From NCBI GenBank assembly GCA_900234795.1, contig LT962688.1:1170001-1202000 (forward strand): a stretch of 32,000 nt of DNA. The letters run 5' to 3'. The position numbers and the translations under genes are program-made. Under the pieces are notes generated by a model. That model had not been told where the DNA came from, searched no databases, and saw only the letters and a list, made by a program, of their open reading frames with translations. The DNA is from Methylorubrum extorquens (lineage in GTDB: Bacteria > Pseudomonadota > Alphaproteobacteria > Rhizobiales > Beijerinckiaceae). Below are positions 7,859 to 18,556 of this stretch, piece after piece. The first letter of the stretch is position 1. Each line of letters begins with the position of its first letter.

Positions 7859-9259
7859 GTGTCGGCGCAACGGGCAATCACGCAGGTTGAGGCTTCGCAA
7901 AGGGCCGTGCAGGGAGTCTTGCAAGGCGCCTCGCAGGGAGCCCCCGACGCGGCCTTGCAAGAGACGCCGGCCGACGCGCCCCTACGGCGCATCAGCCTCG
8001 GCAGCCTGCTGTCCGCCACGGCGCGGCGCCATCCCGACCGGATCGCGGTGGTCGACCCTGCCGACAAGCCGGATTGGAGCGACCGGCCCGCCATCACCTG
8101 GACCTATGCCGCGGCCGCCGAGATCGTGGAGCGCCTCGCCCGCGGCCTGCGGAGCTGGCGCCTGCCGCCGGGAAGCCGCATCGGCCTGTGCCTGCCGGGC
8201 TCGGCCGAGAGCGCGCTGGCGATCCTCGCCGTCGAGGCCGCCGGCCACGTCGCCTGCCTGCTCCCGGTCTCCTGGGATGAAGATCGCCTGCTTGCCGCGG
8301 CGCAGAACGTCGCGCTGAGCGCGGTGCTGACTCAGGCGCGGCTCGGCTCCGCCGCACCCGCCGAGCGCCTCTGCGCCGTCGCCGCGCGCTATTTCGGCCT
8401 GCGCTACCTCGCCGCCTTCGGCCCCGACGTGCCGGATGGGGTGATCAATCTCGACCGGTTCGTCCTCGACGGCCCTGCCGGAGAGCCGGCCGGACCGGCA
8501 CCCGCCGCGGCCGGCATCGTCAGCTTCATCGGCGGCGACCCCGAGCAACCGGTCTACCGCAGCGGCGAATCGGTGGTGGCGGCGGCGGCCGCCCATCTCG
8601 TGGCGATGCGGGTCGCGCCCGCCGAGCGCATCCTCAGCCTGATCGGCCCGCACGACCTGCGCGGCCTTGCCACCGGGCTCGCAGCGGCCCTCGTCGCGGG
8701 GGCCACGCTAGAGACGCTGCCGCTGTTCGATGGAGCCGCCTTCGCGACGGCCCTGCGCCGGCCGGGCCCGACGCATCTCGTCGCCCCCGCCTTCCTCGAA
8801 AAAAACCTCGCCGGCCGCGACCTGCCGACGGATCTGCGCTCCGTCGCCCTGGTGCACCGGGCGCCGGTCCGCTTCCCCAGCCGCAGCCGCGCCGTGGACC
8901 GGCCGCAGGGCCTGCGCCTCGAGACGGTGATCGACACCGTCGCCTTCGACGAGACGGCAATCCTCTCCGGCCGGCGCGGGACGACGGGCGACCTCTCGCT
9001 GGTGCTCGGCAAGCCGGAGCGGCTCGCCCTTCCCGCCGCCCTGCTGTCCATGAGGCGCGGCGCGGACGATCGCCTCGCCTTCCGCGGCCAAGCCTGCACC
9101 GTGACGCCGTTGCAGCGCGGAAATCGGCAGGCGATCCCGAGCGGGGTGTGGCAGGAGACGCCTTACGCGCCGGTGCTGTTCGCGGGCATCGCCACCGCGA
9201 TCGAGGTCGTGGAGCCGTCCGATTCCGCCGGCTCCCCAAAAATTTTTGCGCCTGCGTAA
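7859..9259 (+). CDS. Degenerate ANL-superfamily (AMP-binding-like) protein lacking canonical adenylation motifs
   Basis: The ORF has high GC3. Its N-terminal region matches ANL enzymes (LGSLLSATARRHPDRIAVVD...ITWTYAAAAEIVERLARGLRSW..PGSRIGLCLP). The P-loop position reads SFIGGDPEQPV instead of [ST]SGTTGxPKG. I found no YGxTE motif and no C-terminal subdomain motifs. The GTG start at 7859 is uncertain. Confidence 0.55.
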   Translation: MSAQRAITQVEASQRAVQGVLQGASQGAPDAALQETPADAPLRRISLGSLLSATARRHPDRIAVVDPADKPDWSDRPAITWTYAAAAEIVERLARGLRSWRLPPGSRIGLCLPGSAESALAILAVEAAGHVACLLPVSWDEDRLLAAAQNVALSAVLTQARLGSAAPAERLCAVAARYFGLRYLAAFGPDVPDGVINLDRFVLDGPAGEPAGPAPAAAGIVSFIGGDPEQPVYRSGESVVAAAAAHLVAMRVAPAERILSLIGPHDLRGLATGLAAALVAGATLETLPLFDGAAFATALRRPGPTHLVAPAFLEKNLAGRDLPTDLRSVALVHRAPVRFPSRSRAVDRPQGLRLETVIDTVAFDETAILSGRRGTTGDLSLVLGKPERLALPAALLSMRRGADDRLAFRGQACTVTPLQRGNRQAIPSGVWQETPYAPVLFAGIATAIEVVEPSDSAGSPKIFAPA

Positions 9260-9517
9260 TCGGGCCTGCCAACGGTGCGTTCCGCGGTGCCGTCCCCTCA
9301 AGCAGACAGATAAAAACTCGATTGGAGTAAATGACTTAGGCGAGAACCGGGGCAGCCAGGGATTCACGTCCGCGACTTGTGCGGCGCAGTTCATCCCGCC
9401 TTCAGCACAGCGATTCCATGTTCACCCAGCTCCATGGCCGGCGAACCAATCGTGGCCATGCGGGTTATCCGGGGTGCCCCTTCACACAGGGCGCGACATG
9501 GGGTAACGCTTAAGCCT

Positions 9518-9859
9518 ATGGGTGCGCTGCAACAAGTGCTTGTCGTCGATGATGGCCGCCGCGCCGTCGATCGCTCTCTTGCCGCCGACCTCGCCGGGCT
9601 CGGTTATGCAAGCGTCACCGCTTCCATCGAAGCGGCGGACGATGTCCTCGCCGTGATCGCCCGTCCTGCGGCGATCCTCCTTCAGCTCTCGTCCAGCACG
9701 AACCCGCATCTTGCTGCGCTGGCCGATCGGCTGCGCGCCCGGATGCGGGCCGGCGGCATTCCGGTCATCGAGATGGACGACGCGGGACCCCGCCCCGGCG
9801 CACCGGTCGATCTCAAGAGCCGGATCGGTCCGTACGTGCTCGCTGAGCCCGAGCTTTAG
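9518..9859 (+). CDS. Hypothetical receiver-like (pseudo-receiver) protein
   Basis: The 113-aa protein begins QQVLVVDDGRR, and Gln lies 44 residues after the DD pair, where CheY has Asp57. It is followed by a strong terminator. The start codon is uncertain because there is no clear SD. The antisense ORF 9482-9880 looks like junk. Confidence 0.45.
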   Translation: MGALQQVLVVDDGRRAVDRSLAADLAGLGYASVTASIEAADDVLAVIARPAAILLQLSSSTNPHLAALADRLRARMRAGGIPVIEMDDAGPRPGAPVDLKSRIGPYVLAEPEL

Positions 9860-9883
9860 GTCTTTCCCGTAACGGGACAATGA

Positions 9884-9907
9884 CGGCGGGCCGCGGGCCC
9901 GCCTTTT
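9884..9907 (+). terminator. Rho-independent terminator
   Basis: GGCGGGCC-gcg-GGCCCGCC followed by TTTTT. It lies between the convergent genes ending at 9859 (+) and 9926 (-). Confidence 0.75.
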
Positions 9908-9925
9908 TCATGCGCGAGCGGGCGA

Positions 9926-10123
9926 TTACGCCGCTGCGATGATCTCGCTCTCGCGGACGGCGCGTTCGGCCGAGCCGGAGCGGATCCGGTAGGAGGGCTC
10001 ACCGGTCGGATCGTCGGGCATCAGGCGGACGACTTCGCTGATCGTGCCGAAGCCCAGCCGCTCGTCGGTGGGGGACGATTGAGCGCGGCGAACCCGCTGA
10101 CCGATCTTGAACTTATGAAACAT
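9926..10123 (-). CDS. Hypothetical small protein (65 aa)
   Basis: ATG at 10121-10123 is preceded by GAGGAGA. The protein begins MFHKFKIGQRVRR and continues ..ISEVVRLMPDDPTGEPSYRIRSGSAERAVRESEI, which looks like a small beta-rich (SH3/Tudor-like) protein. The upstream 32 codons of the track ORF are not needed. Confidence 0.5.
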   Translation of the reverse strand: MFHKFKIGQRVRRAQSSPTDERLGFGTISEVVRLMPDDPTGEPSYRIRSGSAERAVRESEIIAAA

Positions 10124-10301
10124 CGATGTCTCCTCGAACGCATTCCGTCGAAGCGGGAAGCCGCTTCGGCGGAGGAGAGCCCCTTCAAGACAACGGGTCA
10201 GAGCTGGTCTCGATCGCACGTCCGACCGAAAGCGGCCCCAGCTCCGTGCCGGGGCAAGCCCACGAGCCGGGGATCCGACTCACGGGAAAGCGATAGCGCG
10301 C

Positions 10302-10670
10302 TCAGCGGCGCAGCTTGATCTTGGCTTTGCGGGCGGCGTAGCGGGCGTCCCGCTCTTCCTTCTGCTTGGCCTGCGCCTCGCGGGCACGCTCGGCGGCAGC
10401 CTCGATCTCGGCGGCCTTACGCGCCACTTCGGCCTCGCGCTCGGCGGCGGCGACGGCAGCCAGCCGCTCGGCATCGAGGCGGCGCTGCGTCTCGCGCTCC
10501 TTGACCCGCTCGTCGCGCGCAACGGCGATCGCACGGCGCTCGGCCTGGCGGGCCTGCACAGCCGGATCATCATTGGAGGGGCGGGCGCGGAAGCGGGCGA
10601 GCATGGCCTCCCGGGAGGAAGCCGAATCCTGGCGACGATCGTCGAAGGAGTTTTGTTTGGTGAAGCTCAC
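10302..10670 (-). CDS. Conserved charged coiled-coil protein (DUF6481-like)
   Basis: 122 aa with a GTG start at 10668-10670 and AAGGA 7 nt upstream. The body is Glu/Arg/Ala/Lys-rich (AERRAIAVARDERVKERETQRRLDAERLAAVAAAEREAEVARKAAEIEAAAERAREAQAKQKEERDARYAARKAK). The family name is from memory. Confidence 0.55.
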   Translation of the reverse strand: MSFTKQNSFDDRRQDSASSREAMLARFRARPSNDDPAVQARQAERRAIAVARDERVKERETQRRLDAERLAAVAAAEREAEVARKAAEIEAAAERAREAQAKQKEERDARYAARKAKIKLRR

Positions 10671-10712
10671 AGAGTGTCCTTGATCGTACCGGGTCCGGGA
10701 TGAACCACGGCC

Positions 10713-10748
10713 TTAAAAGCGCAAAGCCGCTCCAGTCCGGAGCGGCTT
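10713..10748 (-). terminator. Rho-independent terminator downstream of cspA
   Basis: On the minus strand: AAGCCGCTCC-ggact-GGAGCGGCTT followed by TGCGCTTTTAAGG. Confidence 0.7.
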
Positions 10749-10772
10749 CGACATATCGGGTTCAGGCGCGAA

Positions 10773-10982
10773 TTACGCGACTTGGAGCTGACCCGCCGAC
10801 TGCTTGCCGGAGCGACGGTCGGTTTCCATCTCGTAGGAAACCTTCTGGCCTTCGGTGAGGCCACGCAGGCCGGCGCGCTCGACGGCGGAGATGTGAACGA
10901 AAACGTCCTTCGAGCCGTCCTCAGGCTGGATGAAGCCGAAGCCCTTCTGCTCGTTGAACCACTTGACGGTGCCGATGCTCAT
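10773..10982 (-). CDS. cspA: Cold-shock protein (CspA family)
   Basis: The 69-aa protein [34 protein letters not shown] carries the RNP1 (KGFGFI) and RNP2 (VFVHI) motifs. Confidence 0.95.
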   Translation of the reverse strand: MSIGTVKWFNEQKGFGFIQPEDGSKDVFVHISAVERAGLRGLTEGQKVSYEMETDRRSGKQSAGQLQVA

Positions 10983-11130
10983 AGAATGTCCTTGTCTCCG
11001 CAGGATTCAGGTAGAGAGCCTTGCGCCATGCAGCGCCAGGCTATGTCGTTCGACCGATAACGAAGGAAAATGAGAACCGCCCTGCGGAGGCGTCACGGCC
11101 CAGAAAATCCGGCCTCGCATCGATAAGATC

Positions 11131-11159
11131 TATATGCGACTCGAATGAAGCTTTATCAA
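11131..11159 (-). promoter_or_regulatory. Candidate sigma70-type promoter for cspA
   Basis: On the minus strand: TTGATA (11154-11159), a 17-nt spacer, then CATATA (11131-11136), within an unusually AT-rich patch. It implies a 5' leader of about 140 nt, which is typical of csp genes. Confidence 0.4.
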
Positions 11160-11193
11160 GGCTCGTTTTATTTTTCGAGATGCAAGAATTGTT

Positions 11194-11218
11194 GGCAGGT
11201 CATTCGAAATGACCTGCC
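11194..11218. terminator. Perfect 11-bp hairpin between mfd stop and cspA promoter
   Basis: GGCAGGTCATT-cga-AATGACCTGCC. It has no clear U tract, so it could be a terminator for mfd or an operator. Confidence 0.4.
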
Positions 11219-11358
11219 GCTTCAAGCGATTCATCAACGCGCAGCGTGAGTTGAGAAGGATCTCCCACACCGCGATCTCTCGCTTATGTCGCGCGTGACA
11301 CGCCCGCTCCGCCCTCCCGCTCCGACGGCGAAGAGCCGGCGGTCTCGCGCAGACCCGG

Positions 11359-14300
11359 TCAAGCGGCCTTCTTGGCCCGCTTGGCAATCGTGACGAGCCC
11401 GCGCAGGATCTGCGTCGTCTCCTTCAGCCGCCGCGGGATGCCGTCGAGTTCGCGAATGAACACGACGCTCATGTCGGGCCGCACCTTGGCGAAGGAGCCC
11501 TGCTCCACGACCATGGCGGCGAGCCCCTGCGGGTTGGCGAAAGAACGGTTGCGGAAGTGGACCACCACGCCCTTCGGTCCGGCCTCGACCTTCTCGACAT
11601 TGGCGTCGCGGCACAGAATCTTGATGGTCACGATCTTCAGGAGCTGTTCCACCTCCGGCGGCAGCGGGCCGAAGCGGTCGATCAGCTCGGCACCGAAGCT
11701 CTCCATCTCGGCATCGTTCTCGAGGGTCGAGAGGCGCCGGTAGAGGCCGAGCCGGACGGTCAGGTCCTCGACGTAGTCCTCGGGGATCGTGACCGGAGCG
11801 CCGAGCGCGATGGTCGGCGACCACGCCTCCTCCACCGGCTCCTCAATGCCGGCCTTGAGGGCGGTGACCGCATCCTCCAGCATCTGCTGGTAGAGCTCGT
11901 AGCCGACTTCCTTGATGTGGCCGGACTGGGCATCGCCCAGGAGGTTGCCGGCGCCGCGGATGTCGAGATCGTGGCTCGCGAGCTGGAAGCCGGCGCCCAG
12001 CGTGTCGAGGCTCTGGAGCACCTTCAGGCGCTGTTCGGCCTGGGTCGTGAGCTGGCGGTTGGCCGGCGTCGTGAACAGGGCGTAGGCCCGCGCCTTCGAG
12101 CGGCCGACGCGCCCGCGCAACTGATAGAGCGCGGCCAGACCGAACATGTCGGCCCGGTGCACGATCAGCGTGTTGGCGGTCGGGATGTCGAGGCCGGATT
12201 CGACGATCGTGGTCGAGAGCAGCACGTCGTACTTGCCCTCGTAGAACGCCGTCATCACGTCCTCGAGCTGGCCCGCCGCCATCTGGCCGTGGGCGACCGC
12301 GACGGTGGTCTCGGGCATCTCGGTGTCGAGGAAGCGTTTGACCTCGGCCAGATCCTCGATGCGCGGGGCGACGTAGAACGACTGGCCGCCGCGATAGCGT
12401 TCGCGCAGCAGCGCCTCGCGGACCAGCAGCGGATCGAACGGCGTCACGAAGGTCCGCACCGCCAGCCGGTCCATCGGGGGCGTGGCGATGATCGAGAGTT
12501 CGCGCACACCCGTCATGGCGAGCTGCAGCGTGCGCGGAATCGGGGTGGCCGAGAGCGTCAGCACGTGCACGTCGGCCTGGAGCGCCTTGAGCCGCTCCTT
12601 GTGGGCGACACCGAAATGCTGCTCCTCGTCGACGATGATGAGGCCAAGATCCTTGAACGCGACGTTCTTGGCGAGCAGGGCATGGGTGCCGACGACGATA
12701 TCGACCGTGCCGTCGGCGAGCCCGGCCCGGTTCTGGCGCTGCTCGCCCGCCGAGACGAAGCGCGAGAGCTGCGCGACGTTGATCGGCAGCCCCTTAAACC
12801 GTTCGGCAAACGTGCGAAAATGCTGGCGGGCGAGAAGCGTGGTGGGCACCACCACCGCCACCTGCTTGCCGGAGATCGCCGCGGCGAAGGCGGCGCGCAG
12901 GGCCACCTCGGTCTTGCCGAAGCCGACATCGCCGCAGACGAGGCGGTCCATCGGACGCCCCGCATTGAGGTCGTCGAGCACCGCGTCGATGGCGTTGGCC
13001 TGATCCTCGGTCTCCTGGAAGGCGAAGCGGGCGGCGAATTCCTCGTAGAGCCCCTCCGGCGCCTTGAGGCTGGGGGCGGACTTCACGAACCGCGCGGCGG
13101 CGATTTTGATGAGGTCGCCGGCCATCTCAAGGATGCGGCGCTTCATCTTGGCCTTGCGGGCCTGCCAGGCGCCACCGCCCAGGCGGTCCAGCGCGACCTC
13201 CGAATCCTCGGAGCCGTAGCGGGTCAGGAGCTCGATGTTCTCGACCGGCAGCAGCAGCAGGCCGCCGGCATATTGCAGTTCGAGGCAGTCATGCGGCGCG
13301 CCCGCCGCGGTGACGGTCTTGAGCGTGACGAAGCGGCCGATGCCGTGATCGGCATGGACCACGAGATCGCCGGGCTGGAGCGCCTGCACCTCCAGGATGA
13401 TGTCCTGCGGGCGCTTGGATTTGCGCTTCTGGCGCACCAGCCGGTCGCCCAGGATGTCGCCCTCGGCCACCACCGCGAGCCGGTCGAGGGTGAAGCCGGA
13501 TTCCAGCCCCCAGACCGCGACCGCCACATCGGTGCCGCGCTTGAGCGCGTTGACCGCGGCGAAGGTGTTGATCACCGTCGGCTTCTTGAGCCCGTGGTCG
13601 GTCAGCACGCCGCAGAGCCGGTCGCGCGAGCCTTCGGACCAGGATCCAAGGATCACGTGATGCCCGGATGCCTGGAGATCCCGGATATGCGCGACCGCCG
13701 CGTCGAACACGCTGGCCGCGTCGTCGGCCCGCTCGGGCGCGAAGCTTCGCCCGGCCCTGGCGCCGCAATCGATGACTGCGCGCTCGTCGGAATCCGGCGT
13801 CGCGAAGGGGGTGAGCCGGACCACCGTGCCGGACTCGACCTTGCTCTTCCACTCGTTGGGCGTGAGGTAGAGCGCGCGCGGCGGCAGCGGCTTGTAGGGC
13901 GCGACGCCGCTCTGCGGGTTTTTCAGCGCCGCTTCGCGGGCCTGGAAATAGTCCTGGATCAGGGCGAGCCGCTCGGCGGCCGCCTCCTCCACCTGCGGGT
14001 CGAACAGCATCGGCACGTCGCCGAGATAGTCGAACAAGGTGTCGAGGCCGTCGTAGAACAGCGGCATCCAGTGCTCGAGGCCGGCATAGCGCCGGCCCTC
14101 GCTCACCGTCTCGTAGAGCCGGTCGTCGCGGGTCGCCGCGCCGAAGCTCGACAGGTAGCCTTGCCGGAAGCGCCGAATCGTCTCGGTGGTGAGCTGCACC
14201 TCGCTCATCGGCACGAGGTCGAGGGAGCGTAGGGACCCCACCGTGCGCTGCGTCTCGGGATCGAAGGCGCGGATCGATTCGAGCGTGTCGCCGAAGAAGT

Positions 14301-14949
14301 CGAGGCGGATCGGGTTCGGCAGGCCGGGCGGCGACAGATCGAGGATACCGCCGCGCACGGCGTATTCGCCCGTATCGCGCACCGTTCCCGTGCGCAGGAA
14401 GCCGTTCGCTTCCACCCAGGCCACGACCTTGTCCATCGGCACGACGTTGCCGATTGCCGCCGAGAAGGTCTCGACGGCCACGCGCGACCGCGGCGGCACC
14501 CGCTGCACCAGAGCGTTGACGGTGGTGCAGAGGATGCGCGGCTTCTCTTCCGACGAGCGCGAACGGGTCAGCCGCGACAGCGCGGTCATGCGCTGGGCGG
14601 CGATGGCCCCGTTCGGCGAGACCCGGTCGTAGGGCTGGCAATCCCAGGCCGGAACGCTCATCGCCTCGATCTCGGGGGCGACGAACTTCAGCGCGTTCTG
14701 GAAGGCATTGGAGCGGCCGGAATCGCGGGCGACGTGGACCAGCACCGCCGGCCCCTCGAACGAACCGGACAGCGCGCGGGCGAGGTCGGCGGCCACCAGC
14801 GCATCGAAGCCGTCGGGGACGCTCGCCAGCGTCGGGCTGTCGCCACGCTTGATCGCATCGAGCGCCCTGGTCAGGGGCGCCGATTTCGGCAGGGCGAAGC
14901 GCGCGGTCTGCGGCTTCGGAACGGGTGGCTTGGGTTGGGGCTTGGCCAT
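11359..14949 (-). CDS. mfd: Transcription-repair coupling factor Mfd
   Basis: About 1196 aa. Superfamily 2 helicase motifs are present (GDVGFGKTEVALRAAF, IIVDEEQHFGV, LTLSATPIPRTL, QLRGRVGRS), together with an UvrB-homology N-terminus and a CarD-like segment (GDLVVHADHGIGRF). I place the start at ATG 14947-14949 (MAKPQPKPP). Confidence 0.95.
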   Translation of the reverse strand: MAKPQPKPPVPKPQTARFALPKSAPLTRALDAIKRGDSPTLASVPDGFDALVAADLARALSGSFEGPAVLVHVARDSGRSNAFQNALKFVAPEIEAMSVPAWDCQPYDRVSPNGAIAAQRMTALSRLTRSRSSEEKPRILCTTVNALVQRVPPRSRVAVETFSAAIGNVVPMDKVVAWVEANGFLRTGTVRDTGEYAVRGGILDLSPPGLPNPIRLDFFGDTLESIRAFDPETQRTVGSLRSLDLVPMSEVQLTTETIRRFRQGYLSSFGAATRDDRLYETVSEGRRYAGLEHWMPLFYDGLDTLFDYLGDVPMLFDPQVEEAAAERLALIQDYFQAREAALKNPQSGVAPYKPLPPRALYLTPNEWKSKVESGTVVRLTPFATPDSDERAVIDCGARAGRSFAPERADDAASVFDAAVAHIRDLQASGHHVILGSWSEGSRDRLCGVLTDHGLKKPTVINTFAAVNALKRGTDVAVAVWGLESGFTLDRLAVVAEGDILGDRLVRQKRKSKRPQDIILEVQALQPGDLVVHADHGIGRFVTLKTVTAAGAPHDCLELQYAGGLLLLPVENIELLTRYGSEDSEVALDRLGGGAWQARKAKMKRRILEMAGDLIKIAAARFVKSAPSLKAPEGLYEEFAARFAFQETEDQANAIDAVLDDLNAGRPMDRLVCGDVGFGKTEVALRAAFAAAISGKQVAVVVPTTLLARQHFRTFAERFKGLPINVAQLSRFVSAGEQRQNRAGLADGTVDIVVGTHALLAKNVAFKDLGLIIVDEEQHFGVAHKERLKALQADVHVLTLSATPIPRTLQLAMTGVRELSIIATPPMDRLAVRTFVTPFDPLLVREALLRERYRGGQSFYVAPRIEDLAEVKRFLDTEMPETTVAVAHGQMAAGQLEDVMTAFYEGKYDVLLSTTIVESGLDIPTANTLIVHRADMFGLAALYQLRGRVGRSKARAYALFTTPANRQLTTQAEQRLKVLQSLDTLGAGFQLASHDLDIRGAGNLLGDAQSGHIKEVGYELYQQMLEDAVTALKAGIEEPVEEAWSPTIALGAPVTIPEDYVEDLTVRLGLYRRLSTLENDAEMESFGAELIDRFGPLPPEVEQLLKIVTIKILCRDANVEKVEAGPKGVVVHFRNRSFANPQGLAAMVVEQGSFAKVRPDMSVVFIRELDGIPRRLKETTQILRGLVTIAKRAKKAA

Positions 14950-15014
14950 CGAGCGTGCTGTATCAGGGGAAACGGATCGGGATGGGGCGTGGATCACCCG
15001 CGATCCAAACCATT

Positions 15015-15128
15015 CCCCTCATCCTGAGGTGCAGAGCGAAGATAAGCCTCGAAGGAGGGCTCCAGGGATCACACGGTCTCTGGAGCCCCCTTCGAGGCCC
15101 GCTGACGCGGGCACCTCAGGATGAGGGG
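15015..15128. repeat. 114-bp nested palindromic element
   Basis: The outer arms CCCCTCATCCTGAGGTGC (15015-15032) and GCACCTCAGGATGAGGGG (15111-15128) are perfectly complementary over 18 bp. The inner arms (15046-15065 and 15080-15098) are complementary apart from a 1-nt bulge. Confidence 0.8.
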
Positions 15129-15161
15129 GTAAGTGGAAGATAGGGAGCGCCGATCCTTGTT

Positions 15162-15458
15162 TCAGCTATGGATCGGCGCGTCGTGCCGATGGAACGCCTT
15201 GAGCCGGCGATACACCGCCGTGTCGTAGTTCTCCGGGGTCTCGTCCTCGCCCGTAAGCCAGCGGAACAGGTCGCGGTCGGGCACTTCGATCAGCGCCTCG
15301 AACTGCGTCAGCTCCTCCTCGGACAGCGCGCCGATCTCGGCATCGGCGAAGCGGCCCATGATCAGGTCCATCTCGCGGATGCCGCGGTGCCACGCGCGAA
15401 ACAGCGTGCGGCGGCGGCGCGGGTCGAGGTCGGCGCTGGTTCGGGTGGTGCCGGACAT
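15162..15458 (-). CDS. sdhE: FAD assembly factor SdhE (succinate dehydrogenase assembly factor 2)
   Basis: The 98-aa protein reads RRRRTLFRAWHRGIREMDLIMGRFADAEIGALSEEELTQFEALIEVPDRDLFRWLTG, which includes the SdhE RGxxE motif. Start at ATG 15456-15458. Confidence 0.85.
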   Translation of the reverse strand: MSGTTRTSADLDPRRRRTLFRAWHRGIREMDLIMGRFADAEIGALSEEELTQFEALIEVPDRDLFRWLTGEDETPENYDTAVYRRLKAFHRHDAPIHS

Positions 15459-15649
15459 GGGCTGTCCCCTGGTAATCCTGACCCCGCATGTAGAGGGGCG
15501 TGCGGCTCCGGGCAAACGGCGCGTCCGGCGTAAGGATCCGACGGGACGCACGCGCATGATGTCATATGCCCAGATGCGACGGAGGCACGAAGCAGGGTAT
15601 ACGGAGCCCGAGCATCGCCCACGTTTCAAAGGCCCAAGCCTCCGGTCAC

Positions 15650-17839
<2,190 letters not shown>

Positions 17840-17928
17840 CGAAGCGTTCGCATGACGCCCCCGCGCGCCGGTCGGGCAAAGCCCGCTTCCGCTACCGAAG
17901 GGAGCGCCTCGGACGCCGAATATGATCG

Positions 17929-17980
17929 CCCGTTCAGAAACCCGTTCAGAAACGAACGATCCTGAACGGGTCGTTCAGGA
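17929..17980 (+). other. Tandem 12-mer plus overlapping hairpins
   Basis: CCCGTTCAGAAA occurs twice in exact tandem (17929-17952), followed by the palindrome TCCTGAACG-ggt-CGTTCAGGA (17960-17980). CTGAACGGG (17962-17970) is also complementary to each tandem copy. Confidence 0.6.
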
Positions 17981-18207
17981 AGCCGAAGCCACCGCTCCGG
18001 ACATTCCCGACTGCGGCAACGCTGCGCGGGAAAAGGGCGTTTTCCGTTTCCGATCAGGCCTTTGCGCAGCATGGCTCGCACTCGGAACGAGCGTCGGACA
18101 AGGCAGAAAAATCGGAATTACCTTGTATCTGCCCCAATTGCCGCTTAACTGGAGATGAACAAACGGCCTCGTAGACCGGGGTGCCACTGGAAAAAAGGAG
18201 GATCGCA

Positions 18208-18534
18208 ATGTCGATCGCACCGTTCCAACGCCTGCCGGGTTCCTCCGAGAATTGGGGAGCCGATACGCTTTCCATCGAACCCTGGCTCATGCCGATCTCG
18301 GACCGCGAGACGCGCGACGAGACGTCGACGGACGCTCTGGTGAACGCCGTGCGGCAATCCTCGCGCCGGCTCTGGATCGCGGCCAACGCGCTGTGTGCGG
18401 GCCTCGCCCTGCTGGTGACGGTTCAGATCGCCAGCGATTGGTCCTCGCCGGTCGCCCGCCCTGCGGCCACCCATCAGGTCGCCGACGCGACCCCGCCGAC
18501 GCTGCCGGTCGAGAAGGCGTCGCTCCAGCACTGA
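18208..18534 (+). CDS. Hypothetical single-pass membrane protein (108 aa)
   Basis: ATG at 18208 is preceded by a strong SD (AAGGAGG, 7 nt upstream). There is one hydrophobic helix, LWIAANALCAGLALLVTVQIA. Confidence 0.55.
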   Translation: MSIAPFQRLPGSSENWGADTLSIEPWLMPISDRETRDETSTDALVNAVRQSSRRLWIAANALCAGLALLVTVQIASDWSSPVARPAATHQVADATPPTLPVEKASLQH

Positions 18535-18556
18535 GACCGTCTGCCCTCGGAACGCT

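Noticed and set aside
9237-9248. Perfect 12-bp palindrome CAAAAATTTTTG.
   Set aside because: It lies inside the last codons of the 7859-9259 ORF (..SPKIFAPA). It has no partner sites or flanking structure and is probably coincidental.
11557-14232. An 891-aa ORF on the plus strand, and similar long ORFs at 20055-21917 (+), 28035-29684 (-), 16100-17467 (-), 16285-17925 (+), 6236-7723 (+), 30673-31890 (-) and 25896-27248 (+).
   Set aside because: Each lies antisense or out of frame to a gene with unmistakable family motifs (mfd, glmS, mxaF, recG, the kinase, mxaJ/G). Their translations are Arg/Gly/Ala/Pro/Asp-rich with no recognisable domains. Long open frames like these are the expected consequence of stop-codon scarcity in high-GC DNA.
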